Assembly (NCBI GenBank): GCA_964016885.1
Contig: OZ024741.1
Location: forward strand, 410,812,001-410,876,000
Length of the DNA: 64,000 nt
Direction: 5' to 3'
Source of the DNA: Eledone cirrhosa
Taxonomy: Eukaryota
The notes beneath the pieces were generated by a model. It had not been told where the DNA came from. It did no database searches and worked only from the letters and a program-made list of their open reading frames with translations. A program made the translations under genes and the position numbers. Below, in pieces: positions 30,601 to 45,840 of this stretch; within the stretch, counting starts at the first letter, position 1; each line of letters opens with the position of its first letter.

Positions 30601-33600
30601 ACGTATGTCCTACCGTTATATTATATTGTCCTATATCCTGTTTTATACGCATATCTTACTGTTATATTATATTGTTCTATATCCTCAGTGTTATACCTAT
30701 GTCCTACTCTTATATTATGTTTCTATATCCTCTGTGTTATACGTATGTCCTACTGTTATATTATATCGTTGTATATCCTCTGTGTTATACGTATGTCCTA
30801 CTCTTATATTATATGTTTCTATATCCTCTGTGTTATACCTATGTCATACAGTTTTATTATATTATTTTCTATCCTCTGTTTTATACCTATATCCTACTGT
30901 TATATTATATTATTCTATATCCTCTGTGTTATACGTATGTCCTACTGTTATATTATATTGTTCGATATCCTCTGTTATAGCTATGTCCTACTGTTATATT
31001 ATATTGTTCTATATCCTCTGTTATAACTATGTCCTACTGTTATATTATATTGTTCTATATCCTCTGTGTTATACGCATGTCTTACTGTTATATTATATTG
31101 TTCTATATCCTGTGTGTTATACGTATGTCCTACTGTTATATTATATTGTTCAATATCCTCTGTGTTATACGTATATCCTACTGTTATCTTATATTGTTCT
31201 ATATCCTCTGTTATACCTATAATTTACTTTTATATTATATTGCTCTATATCCTCTGTTATACCTATATCCAACTGTAATATTATATTGTTCTATATCCTC
31301 TGTGTTATACGTATGTCCTACGTTTATATTATATTGTTCTATATCTTCTGTGTTATGCATATGTCATACTGTTATATTATATTATTTTATATCCTCTGTG
31401 TTATACGCATGCCCTACTGTTATCTGATATTGTTCTATATCCACCGTTATATCTATGTCCTACTGTAAAATTATATTGTTCTATATCCTCTGTGTTATAC
31501 CTATGTCCTTCTGTTATATTATATTGTTCTATATCCTCTGTTACATGTATATCCTACTCTTATATTATATTGTTATATATCCTCTGTGTCAAACGTATGT
31601 CCTACTGTTATATTATATTGTTCTATATCCTCTGTTATACGTATATCCTACTGTTATATTATATTATTCTATATCCTCTGTGTTATGCGTATGCTTTACT
31701 GTTATATAATATTGTTCTATATCCTCTGTGTTATACCTATGTCCTACTGTTATATTATATTGTAATATATCGTCTGTTATACCTATATCCTACTGTTATA
31801 TAATATTGTTCTATATCCTCTGTGTTATACGTATGTCCTACTGTTATATTATATTGTTATATATCCTCTCTGTTATACGTATATCCTACTGTTATATTAT
31901 ATTGTTCTAAACCCTCTGTGTTATACGTATGTCCTACAGTTATATTATATTGTTCTATATCTTCTGTGTTATACGTATGTCCTACTGTTATATTATATTG
32001 TTCTATATCCTCTGTTATACCTATGTCCTACTGTTATATTATATTGTTCTATATCCTCTGTGTTGTACGTATGTCCTATAATTATGTTACATTGTTCTAT
32101 ATCCTCTGTGTTATACCTATCTCCTACTGTTATATTATATTGTTCTATATCTTCTGTGTTATACGTATGTCCTACTGTTATATTATATTGTTCTATATCC
32201 TCTGTGTTATTCGTATGTCCTACTGTTATATTATATCGTTGTATATCCTCTGCGTTATACCTATGTCATACAGTTTTATTATATTATTTTCTATCCTGTT
32301 TTATACCTATATCCTACTGTTATATTATATTATTCTATATCCTCTGTGTTATACGTATGTCCTACTGTTATATTATATTGTTCTATATGCTCTGTTATAA
32401 CTATGTCCTACTGTTATATTATATTGTTCTATATCCTCTGTGTTATACGCATGTCTTACTGTTATACTATATTGTTCTATATCCTCTGTGTTATACGTTT
32501 GCCCTACTGTTATATTATATTGTTCTATATCCTCTGTGTTATACGTATGTCCTACTGTTATATTAAATTGTTCTATATCCTCTGTGTTATACGTATGTCC
32601 TACTGTTATAATATATTGTTTTATATCCTCTGTTATACCTATGTCCTACTGTTATATTATATTGTTCTATATCCTCTGTGTTATACGTATCTCCTACTGT
32701 TATATTATATTGTTCTATATCCTCTGTTATACGTGTGTCCTACTGTTATATTAGATTGTTCTATATCCTATGTGTTATACGTACGTCCTACTGTTATACT
32801 ATATTGATCTGTATCCTCTGTGTTATACGTATGTCTTACTGTTATATTATATTGTTCTATATCGTCTGTTATACCTATGTCCTACTGTTATATTATATTG
32901 TTCTATATCCTCTGTGTTATACGTATGTCCTACTGCTATATTATATTGTTCTATATGCTCTGTGTTATACGTATCTCCTACTGTTATATTATATTGTTCT
33001 ATATCCTCTGTGTTATACGTATGTCCTTCTGTTATATTATATTGTTCTATATCCTCTCTGTTATACGTATGTCCTACTGTTATATTATATTGTTCTATAT
33101 CCTCTGTGTTATGCGTATGTACTACTGTTATATTATATTTTCTATATCCTGTTATACGTATGTCCTACTGTTATATTATATTGTTCTATATCCTCTGTGT
33201 TATACGTATCTCCTACTGTTATATTATATTGTTCTATATCCTCTGTTATATAAATGTCCTACTGTTATATTATATTGTTCTATATCCTCTGTGTTATACG
33301 TATGTCCTTCTGTTATATTATATTGTTCTATATCCTCTCTGTTATAGGTATGTCCTACTGTTATATTATATTGTTCTATATCCTCTGTGTTATGCGTATG
33401 GGCTACTGTTATATTATATTGTCCTATATCCTGTTTTATACGTATGTCCAACTGTTATATTAAATTGTTCTATATACTCTGTGTTATACCTATGTTCTAC
33501 TGTTATATTATACTCTTCTATATCCTCTGTGTTATACCTATGTCCTACTGTTATATGATATTGTTCTATATCCTATGTGTTATACGTATGTCCTACCGTT

Positions 33601-35800
33601 ATATTATATTGTTCTATATCCTCTGTTATACCTATGTCCTACTGTTATATTATATTGTTCTATATCCTCTGTTATACCTATGTTCTACTGTTATAATATA
33701 TTGTTCTATATCCTCTGTGTTATACCTATGTCCTACTGTTATATTATTTTGTTCTATATCCTCTGTGTTATACCTATCTCCTACTGTTATATTATATTGT
33801 TCTATATCTCTGTGTTGTACGTATGTCCTACTGTTATATTATATTGTTCTATATCCTCTTTGTTATGCGTATGTACTACTGTTATATTATATTGTTTTAT
33901 ATCCTCTGTTATACGTATGTCCTACTGTTATATTATATTGTTCTATATCCTCTGTGTTATACGTATCTCCTACTGTTATATTATATTGTTCTATATCCTC
34001 TGTTATAACTATGTGCTACTGTTATATTATATTGTTCTATATCCTCTGTGTTATACGTATGTCCTTCTGTTATATTATACTGTTCTATATCCTCTCTGTT
34101 ATACGTATGTCCTACTGTTATATTATATTGTCCTATATCCTGTTTTATACGTATGTCCTACTGTTATATTAAATTGTTCTATATCCTCTGTGTTATACCT
34201 ATGTTCTACTGTTATATAATATTGTCCTATATCCTCTGTTTTATACGTATGTCCTACTGTTACATTATATTGTTCTATATCCTCTGTTATACGTATGTCC
34301 TACTGTTATATTATATTGTCTATATCCTCTGTGTTATACGTATGTCCTACTGTTATATTAAACTGTTCTATATCCTCTGTGTTATACCTATCTTCTACTG
34401 TTATATTATACTTTTCTATATCCTCTGTGTTATACCTATGTCCTACTGTTATATTATATCGTTATATATCCTCTGTGTTATACGTATGTCCTACTCTTAT
34501 ATTATATGTTTCTATATCCTCTGTGTTATACCTATGACCTACTGTTATATGATATTGTTCTATATCCTATGTGTTATACGTATGTCCTACTGTTATATTA
34601 TATTGTTCTATATCATCTGTTATACCTATGTTCTACTGTTATATCATATTGTTCTATATCCTCTGTTATACCTACCTCTCTGTTATACGTATGTCCTAAT
34701 GTTATACGATATTGTTCTATATCCTGTTTTATACGTATGTCCTACTGTTATATTAAATTGTTCTATATCCTGTGTGTTATACCTATGTTCTACTGTTATA
34801 TTATACTCTTCTATATCCTCTGTGTTATACGTATGTCCTACTGTTATATTATATCGTTGTATATCCTGTGTTATACGTATGTCCTACTCTTATATTATAT
34901 GTTTCTATATCCTCTGTGTTATACCTATGTCCTACTGTTATATGATATTGTTCTATATCCCCTGTTATACCTATGTCCTACTGTTATATTATATTGTTCT
35001 ATATCCTCTGTTATACCCATGTTCTACTGTTATAATATATTGTTCTATATCTTCTGTGTTATACGTATGCCTACTGTTATATTATATTGTTCTATATCCT
35101 CTGTGTTATTCGTATGTCCTACTGTTATATTATATCGTTGTATATCCTCTGTGTTATTCGTATGTCCTACTGTTATATTATATCGTTGTATATCCTCTGT
35201 GTTATACGTATGTCCTACTCTTATATTTTATGTTTCTATATCCTCTGTGTTATACCTATGTCATACTGTTTTATTATATTATTTTCTATCCTCTCTTCTA
35301 TACATATGTCCTACTGTTATAATATTTTTTTCTATATCCTATGTGTTATACGTATTTCCTACTGTTATATTATATTGTTCTATATCCTCTGTCCTACTGT
35401 TATATTATATTGTTCTATATCCTCTGTGTTATACCTATATACTACTGTTATATTATATTGTTCTATATCCTCTGTGTTATACGTATGTCCTACTGTTATA
35501 TAATTTTGTCCTATATCCTCTGTTTTATACGTATGTCCTAATGTTCTATTAAATTGTTCTATATCCTCTGTGTTATACCTGTGTCCTACTGTTATATTAT
35601 ACTGTTCTCTATCCTCTGTGTTATTCGTACGTCCTACTGTTATATTATATCGTTCTATATCCTCTGTTATACCTATGTCCTACTGTTATATTATATTGTT
35701 CTATATCCTCTGTGTTATACGTATGTCCTACTGTTATATTATATTGTTCTATATCCTCTGTGTTATACGTATGTCCTACTGTTATATTATATTGTTCTAT
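21690..35800 (-). repeat. Large tandem duplication of a ~6.45-kb block (~21.7-28.1 kb repeated at ~28.1-35.8 kb), with ~1.14 kb extra in the second copy
   Basis: Offsets are 6447/6448 for ORFs 21734/28181, 22194/28641 and 22856..24532/29304..30980. They then become 7584 (24856/32440), 7678, 7676 and 7627 (26421..27695/34048..35322). Confidence 0.87.
22900..23370 (-). repeat. Tandem 234-bp (5-monomer) higher-order repeat, 2 copies; also present in the duplicate at ~29350-29820
   Basis: GCATGTCTACTG occurs at 22929 and 23163. Each is followed by the same series TACACCTATG, TTTTTC, GCCCTAC, TTCGATA, ATGCCTACTGTTATG. Confidence 0.82.
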
Positions 35801-38800
35801 ATTATCTGTGTTATACGTATGTACTACTGTTATATTATATTATTCTGTATCCCCTGTTATACCTATGTCCTACTGTTATATTATATTGTTCTATATCCTA
35901 TGTGTTATACCTATGTCCTACTGTTATATTATATTGTTCTATATCCTCTGTTATACATATGTCCTAATATATTATATTATTCTATATCCTCTGTGTTATA
36001 CGTATGTCCTACTGTTATATAATATTGTCCTATATCCTCTGTTTTATACGTATGTCCTATTGTTATATTAAATTTTTCTATATCCTCTGTGTTATACCTA
36101 TGTCCTACTGTTATATTATACTGTTCTATATCATCTGTGTTATACGTATGTCCTACCGTTATATTATATTGTCCTATATCCTGTTTTATACGTGTGCCCT
36201 ACTGTTATATTAAACTGTTCTATATCCTCCGTGCTATACCTATCTTCTACTGATATATTATACTCTTCTATAACCTCTGTGTTATTCGTATGTCCTACTG
36301 TTATATTATATTGTTCGATATCCTCTGTTATACCTATGACCTACTGTTATATTATATTGTTCTATATCCTCTGTTATACCTATGTCCTACTGTTATATTA
36401 TATTGTTCTATATCCTCTGTTATACCAATGTCCTACTGTTATATTATATTGTTCTATATCCTCTGTGTTATACGCATGTCTTATTGTTATATTATATTGT
36501 TCTATATCCTCTGTGTTATACCTATGTCCTACTCTTATATTATGTTTCTATATCCTCTGTGTTATACGTATGTCCTACTGTTATATTAAATTGTTCTATA
36601 TCCTCTGTGTTATACGTATGTCCTACTGTTATATTACATTGTTCTTTATCCTCTGTGTTATACGTATGTCCTACCGTTATATTATATTGTCCTATATCCT
36701 GTTTTATACGCATGTCTTACTGTTATATTATATTGTTCTATATCCTCTGTGTTATACCTATGTGCTACTCTTATATTATGTTTCTATATCCTCTGTGTTA
36801 TACGTATGTCCTACTGTTATATTATATCGTTGTATATCCTCTGTTTTATACGTATGTCCTACTCTTATATTATATGTTACTATATCCTCTGTGTTATACC
36901 TATGTCATACAGTTTTATTATATTATTTTCTATCCTCTGTTTTATACCTATATCCTACTGTTATATTACATTATTCTATATCCTCTGTGTTATACGTATG
37001 TCCTACTGTTATATTATATTGTTCTATATCTTCTGTGTTATACCTATGTCCTACTGTTATATTATATTGTTCTATATCCTCTGTTATAACTATGTCCTAC
37101 TGTTATATTTTATTCTTCTATATCCTCTGTGTTATACACATCGTCTGTGTTATACGTTTGTCCTACTGTTATATTATATTGTTCTATATCCTGTGTGTTA
37201 TACGTATGTCCTACTGTTATATTATATTGTTCTATATCCTCTGTGTTATATGTACGTCCTACTGTTATATTATATTGTTCTATATCCTCTGTTATAGCTA
37301 TGTCCTACTGTTATATTATATTCTTCTATATCCTCTGTGTTATACGTATCTCCTACTGTTATATTATATTGTTGTATATCCTCTGTTATACGTATGTCCT
37401 ACTGTTATATTATATTGTTCTATATCCTCTGTGTTATACGTATGACCTTCTGTTATATTATATTGTTCTATATCCTCTCTGTTATACGTATGTCCTACTG
37501 TTATATTATATTGTTCGATATCCTCTGTGTTATACGTATCTCCTACTGTTATATTATATTGTTCTATATCCTCTGTTATACCTATGTCCTACTGTTATAT
37601 TATATTGTTCTATATCCTCTGTGTTATACGTATGTCCTTCTGTTATATTATATTGTTCTATATCCTCTGAGTTATGCGTATGTCCTACTGTTATATTATA
37701 TTGTCCTATATCCTGTTTTATACGTATCTCCTACTATTATATTAAATTGTTCTATATCCTCTGTGTTATACCTATGTTCTACTGTTATATAATATTGTCC
37801 TATATCCTCTGTCTTATACGTATGTCCTACTGTTATATTACATTGTTCTTTATCCTCTGTGTTATACGTATGTCCTACCGTTATATTATATTGCTCGATA
37901 TCCTCTGTGTTATGCCTATGTACTACTGTTATATTATATTGTTCTATATCCTCTGTTATACGTATGTCCTACTGTTATATTATATTGTTCTATATCCTCT
38001 GTGTTATACGTATCTCCTACTGTTATATTATATTGTTCTATATCCTCTGTTATACCTATGTCCTACTGTTATATTATATTGTTCTATATCCTGTGTTATA
38101 CGTATGTCCTTCTGTTATATTATATTGTTTTATATCCTCTCTATTATACGTATGTCATAATGTTATACGATATTGTCCTATATCCTGTTTTATACGTATG
38201 TCCTACTGTTATATTAAATTGTTCTATAACCTCTGTGTTATACCTATGTTCTACTGTTATATTATACTCTTCTATATCCTCTGTGTTATACGTATGTCCT
38301 ACTGTTATATTATATCGTTGTATATCCTCTGTGTTATACGTATGTCCTCCTCTTATATTATATGTTTCTATATCCTCTGTGTTATACGTATGTCCTACTG
38401 TTATATTATATTGTTCTATATCCTCTGTTAATCCTATGTCCTACAGTTATATTATATTGTTCTATATCCTCTGTTATACCTATGTCCTACTGTTATAATA
38501 TATTGTTCTATATCCTCTGTGTTATACGTATGCCTACTGTTATATTATATTGTTCTATATCCCGTGTGTTATACCTATGTCCTACTGTTATATTATATTG
38601 TTCTATATCCTCTGTGTTATACGTATGTCCTTCTGTTATATTATATTGTTCTATATCCTCTCTGTTATACGTATATCCTTCTGTTATATTATATTGTTCT
38701 ATATCCTCTGTGTTATACGTATGTCCTTCTGTTATATTATATTGTTCTATATCCTCTCTGTTATACGTAAGTCCTAATGTTATACGATATTGTTCTATAT

Positions 38801-39189
38801 CCTGTTTTATACGTATGTCCTACTGTTATATTAAATTGTTCTATATCCTGTGTGTTATACCTATGTTCTACTGTTATATTATACTCTTCTATATCCTCTG
38901 TGTTATACGTATGTCCTACTGTTATATTATATCGTTGTATATCCTGTGTTATACGTATGTCCTACTCTTATATTATATGTTTCTATATCCTCTGTGTTAT
39001 ACCTATGTCCTACTGTTATATGATATTGTTCTATATCCCCTGTTATACCTATGTCCTACTGTTATATTATATTGTTCTATATCCTCTGTTATACCCATGT
39101 CCTACTGTTATAATATATTGTTCTATATCCTCTGTGTTATACGTATTCCTACTGTTATATTATATTGTTCTATATCTTCTGTGTTATAC

Positions 39190-42100
39190 GTATGTCCTAC
39201 TGTTATATTATATTGTTCTATATCCTCTGTTATACCTATGCCCTACTGTTATAATATATTGTTCTATATCCTCTGTGTTATACGTATGCCTACTTTTATA
39301 TTATATTGTTCTATATCCTCTGTGTTATTCGTATGTCCTACTGTTATATTACATCGTTGTATATCCTCTGTGTTATTCGTATGTCCTACTGTTATATTAT
39401 ATCGTTGTATATCCTCTGTGTTATACGTATGTCCTACTCTTATATTATATGTTTCTATATTCTCTGTGTTATACCTATGTCATACTGTTTTATTATATTA
39501 TTTTCTATCCTCTCTTTTATACCTATGTCCTACTGTAATAATATTTTGTTCTATATCCTATGTGTTATACGTATTTCCTACTGTTATATTATATTGTTCT
39601 ATATCCTCTGTCCTACTGTTATAATATATTGTTCTATATCCTCTGTGTTATACCTATATCCTACTGTTATATTATATTGTTCTATATCCTCTGTGTTATA
39701 CGTATGTCCTACTGTTATATAATGTTGTCCTATATCCTCTGTTTTATACGTATGTCCTAATGTTATATTAAATTGTTATATATCCTCTGTTATACCTATG
39801 TCCTACTGTTATATTATATTGTTCTATATCCTCTGTGTTATACGTATGTCCTACTGTTATATTATATTGTTCTATATCCTCTGTGTTATACGTATGTCCT
39901 ACTGTTATATTATATTGTTCTATATTATCTGTGTTATACGTATGTACTACTGTTATATTATATTGTTCTGTATCCTCTGTTATACCTATGTCCTACTGTT
40001 ATATTATATTGTTCTATATCCTATGTGTTATACGTATGTACTACTGTTATATTATATTTTTCTATATCCTCTCTTATACCTATGTCCTACTGTTATATTA
40101 TATTGTTCTATATCCTCTGTGTTATACGTATCTCCTACTGTTATATTATATTGTTCTATATCCTCTGTTATACCTATGTCCTACTGTTATATTATATTGT
40201 TCTATATCCTGTGTTATACGTATGTCCTTCTGTTATATTATATTGTTTTATATCCTCTCTGTTATACGTATGTCCTAATGTTATACGATATTGTTCTATA
40301 TCCTGTTTTATACGTATGTCCTACTGTTATATTAAATTGTTCTATAACCTCTGTGTTATACCTATGTTCTACTGTTATATTATACTCTTCTATATCCTCT
40401 GTGTTATACGTATGTCCTACTCTTATATTATATGTTTCTATATCCTCTGTGTTATACGTATGTCCTACTGTTATATTATATTGTTCTATATCCTCTGTTA
40501 ATCCTATGTCCTACTGTTATAATATATTGTTCTATATCCTCTGTTATACCTATGTCCTACTGTTATAATATATTGTTCTATATCCTCTGTGTTATACGTA
40601 TGCCTACTGTTATATTATATTGTTCTATATCCCCTGTGTTATACCTATGTCCTACTGTTATATTATATTGTTCTATATCCTCTGTGTTATACGTATGTCC
40701 TTCTGTTATATTATATTGTTCTATATACTCTCTGTTATACGTATGTCCTTCTGTTATATTATATTGTTAATATCCTCTGTGTTATACGTATCTCCTACTG
40801 TTATATTATATTGTTCTATATCCTCTGTTATACCTCTTTCCTACTGTTATATTATATTGTTCTATATCCTCTGTGTTATACGTATGTCCTTCTGTTATAT
40901 TATATTGTTCTATATCCTCTGTTATACGTATGTCCTAATGTTATACGATATTGTTCTATATCCTGTTTTATATGTATGTCCTACTGTTATATTAAATTGT
41001 TCTATATCCTGTGTATTATACCTATGTTCTACTGTTATATTATACTCTTCTATATCCTCTGTGTTATACGTATGTCCTACTGTTATATTATATCGTTGTA
41101 TATCCTGTGTTATACGTATGTTCTACTCTTATATTATATGTTTCTATATCCTCTGTGTTATACCTATGTCCTACCGTTATATGATATTGTTCTATATCCC
41201 CTGTTATACCTATGTCCTACTGTTATATTATATTGTTCTATATCCTCTGTTATACCCATGTCCTACTGTTATAATATATTGTTCTATATCCTCTGTGTTA
41301 TACGTATGCCTACTGTTATATTATATTGTTCTATATCTTCTGTGTTATACGTATGTCCTACTGTTATATTATATTGTTCTATATCCTCTGTTATACCTAT
41401 GTCCTACTGTTATATTATATTGTTCTATATCCTCTGTTATACCTATGTCCTACTGTTATAATATATTGTTCTATATCCTCTGTGTTATACGTATGCCTAC
41501 TGTTATATTATATTGTTCTATATCCTCTGTGTTATTCGTATGTCCTACTGTTATATTACATCGTTGTATATCCTCTGTGTTATTCGTATGTCCTACTGTT
41601 ATATTATATCGTTGTATATCCTCTGTGTTATACGTATGTCCTACTCTTATATTATATGTTTCTATGTCCTCTGTGTTATACCTATGTCATACTGTTTTAT
41701 TATATTATTTTCTATCCTCTCTTTTATACCTATGTCCTACTGTTATATTACATTATTCTATATCCTCTGTGTTATACGTATGTCCTACTGTTATATTATA
41801 TTGTTCTATATCTTCTGTGTTATACCTATGTCCTACTGTTATATTAAATTGTTCTATATCCTCTGTTATAACTATGTCCTACTGTTATATTTTATTGTTC
41901 TATATCCTCTGTGTTATACGCATGTCTTACTGTTATATTATATTGTTCTATATCCTCTGTGTTATACGTTTGTCCTACTGTTATATTATATTGTTCTATA
42001 TCCTGTGTGTTATACGTATGTCCTACTGTTATATTATATTGTTCTATATCCTCTGTGTTATATGTACGTCCTACTGTTATATTATATTGTTCTATATCCT

Positions 42101-45100
42101 CTGTTATACCTATGTCCTACTGTTATATTATATTCTTCTATATCCTCTGTGTTATACGTATCTCCTACAGTTATATTATATTGTTGTATATCCTCTGTTA
42201 TACGTATGTCCTACTGTTATATTATATTGTTCTATATCCTCTGTGTTATACGTATGTCCTTCTGTTATATTATATTGTTCTATATCCTCTCTGTTATACG
42301 TATGTCCTACTGTTATATTATATTGTACGATATCCTCTGTGTTATACGTATCTCCTACTGCTATATTATATTGTTCTATATCCTCTGTTATACCTATGTC
42401 CTACTGTTATATTATATTGTTCTATATCCTCTGTGTTATACGTATGTCCTTCTGTTATATTATATTGTTCTATATCCTCTGTGTTATGCGTATGTCCTAC
42501 TGTTATATTATATTGTCCTATATCCTGTTTTATACGTATGTCCTACTGTTATATTAAATTGTTCTATATCCTCTGTGTTATACCTATGTTCTACTGTTAT
42601 ATAATATTGTCCTATATCCTCTGTTTTATACGTATGTCCTACTGTTATATTATATTGTTCTATATCCTCTGTTATACGTATGTCCTACTGTTATATTATA
42701 TTGTCTATATCCTCTGTGTTATACGTATCTCCTACTGTTATATTATATTGTTCTATATCCTCTGTTATACCTATGTCCTACTGTTATATTATATTGTTCT
42801 ATATCCTGTGTTATACGTATGTCCTTCTGTTATATTATATTGTTTTATATCCTCTCTGTTATACGTATGTCCTAATGTTATACGATATTGTTCTATATCC
42901 TGTTTTATACGTATGTCCTACTGTTATATTATATCGTTGTATATCCTCTGTGTTATACGTATGTCCTACTGTTATATTATATCGTTGTATATCCTCTGTG
43001 TTATACGTATGTCCTACTCTTATATTATATGTTTCTATATCCTCTGTGTTATACCTATGTCCTACTGTAATATGATATTGTTCTATATCCTCTGTTATAC
43101 CTATGTCCTACTGTTATATTATATTGTTATATATCCTCTGTTATACCTATGTCCTACTGTTATAATATATTGTTCTATATCCTCAGTGTTATACGTATGC
43201 CTACTGTTATATTATATTGTTCTATATCTTCTGTGTTATACGTATGTCCTACTGTTATATTATCTTTTCCTATATCCTCTGTTATACGTATGTCCTACTG
43301 TTATATTATATTGTTCTATATCCTCTGTTATACCTATGCCCTACTGTTATAATATATTGTTCTATATCCTCTGTGTTATACGTATGCCTACTTTTATATT
43401 ATATTGTTCTATATCCTCTGTGTTATTCGTATGTCCTACTGTTATATTACATCGTTGTATATCCTCTGTGTTATTCGTATGTCCTACTGTTATATTATAT
43501 CGTTGTATATCCTCTGTGTTATACGTATGTCCTACTCTTATATTATATGTTTCTATATTCTCTGTGTTATACCTATGTCATACTGTTTTATTATATTATT
43601 TTCTATCCTCTCTTTTATACCTATGTCCTACTGTAATAATATTTTGTTCTATATCCTATGTGTTATACGTATTTCCTACTGTTATATTATATTGTTCTAT
43701 ATCCTCTGTCCTACTGTTATAATATATTGTTCTATATCCTCTGTGTTATACCTATATCCTACTGTTATATTATATTGTTCTATATCCTCTGTGTTATACG
43801 TATGTCCTACTGTTATATAATGTTGTCCTATATCCTCTGTTTTATACGTATGTCCTAATGTTATATTAAATTGTTATATATCCTCTGTTATACCTATGTC
43901 CTACTGTTATATTATATTGTTCTATATCCTCTGTGTTATACGTATGTCCTACTGTTATATTATATTGTTCTATATCCTCTGTGTTATACGTATGTCCTAC
44001 TGTTATATTATATTGTTCTATATTATCTGTGTTATACGTATGTACTACTGTTATATTATATTGTTCTGTATCCTCTGTTATACCTATGTCCTACTGTTAT
44101 ATTATATTGTTCTATATCCTATGTGTTATACGTATGTACTACTGTTATATTATATTTTTCTATATCCTCTCTTATACCTATGTCCTACTGTTATATTATA
44201 TTGTTCTATATCCTCTGTGTTATACGTATCTCCTACTGTTATATTATATTGTTCTATATCCTCTGTTATACCTATGTCCTACTGTTATATTATATTGTTC
44301 TATATCCTGTGTTATACGTATGTCCTTCTGTTATATTATATTGTTTTATATCCTCTCTGTTATACGTATGTCCTAATGTTATACGATATTGTTCTATATC
44401 CTGTTTTATACGTATGTCCTACTGTTATATTAAATTGTTCTATAACCTCTGTGTTATACCTATGTTCTACTGTTATATTATACTCTTCTATATCCTCTGT
44501 GTTATACGTATGTCCTACTCTTATATTATATGTTTCTATATCCTCTGTGTTATACGTATGTCCTACTGTTATATTATATTGTTCTATATCCTCTGTTAAT
44601 CCTATGTCCTACTGTTATAATATATTGTTCTATATCCTCTGTTATACCTATGTCCTACTGTTATAATATATTGTTCTATATCCTCTGTGTTATACGTATG
44701 CCTACTGTTATATTATATTGTTCTATATCCCCTGTGTTATACCTATGTCCTACTGTTATATTATATTGTTCTATATCCTCTGTGTTATACGTATGTCCTT
44801 CTGTTATATTATATTGTTCTATATACTCTCTGTTATACGTATGTCCTTCTGTTATATTATATTGTTAATATCCTCTGTGTTATACGTATCTCCTACTGTT
44901 ATATTATATTGTTCTATATCCTCTGTTATACCTCTTTCCTACTGTTATATTATATTGTTCTATATCCTCTGTGTTATACGTATGTCCTTCTGTTATATTA
45001 TATTGTTCTATATCCTCTGTTATACGTATGTCCTAATGTTATACGATATTGTTCTATATCCTGTTTTATATGTATGTCCTACTGTTATATTAAATTGTTC

Positions 45101-45840
45101 TATATCCTGTGTATTATACCTATGTTCTACTGTTATATTATACTCTTCTATATCCTCTGTGTTATACGTATGTCCTACTGTTATATTATATCGTTGTATA
45201 TCCTGTGTTATACGTATGTTCTACTCTTATATTATATGTTTCTATATCCTCTGTGTTATACCTATGTCCTACCGTTATATGATATTGTTCTATATCCCCT
45301 GTTATACCTATGTCCTACTGTTATATTATATTGTTCTATATCCTCTGTTATACCCATGTCCTACTGTTATAATATATTGTTCTATATCCTCTGTGTTATA
45401 CGTATGCCTACTGTTATATTATATTGTTCTATATCTTCTGTGTTATACGTATGTCCTACTGTTATATTATATTGTTCTATATCCTCTGTTATACCTATGT
45501 CCTACTGTTATATTATATTGTTCTATATCCTCTGTTATACCTATGTCCTACTGTTATAATATATTGTTCTATATCCTCTGTGTTATACGTATGCCTACTG
45601 TTATATTATATTGTTCTATATCCTCTGTGTTATTCGTATGTCCTACTGTTATATTACATCGTTGTATATCCTCTGTGTTATTCGTATGTCCTACTGTTAT
45701 ATTATATCGTTGTATATCCTCTGTGTTATACGTATGTCCTACTCTTATATTATATGTTTCTATGTCCTCTGTGTTATACCTATGTCATACTGTTTTATTA
45801 TATTATTTTCTATCCTCTCTTTTATACCTATGTCCTACTG
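39190..45840 (-). repeat. Essentially identical duplication ~39190-41740 and ~43290-45840 (offset 4098)
   Basis: ORF pairs 39306..39722/43404..43820, 39773..40501/43871..44599 and 40589..41461/44687..45559 have matching translations at a constant offset of 4098. Confidence 0.88.
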
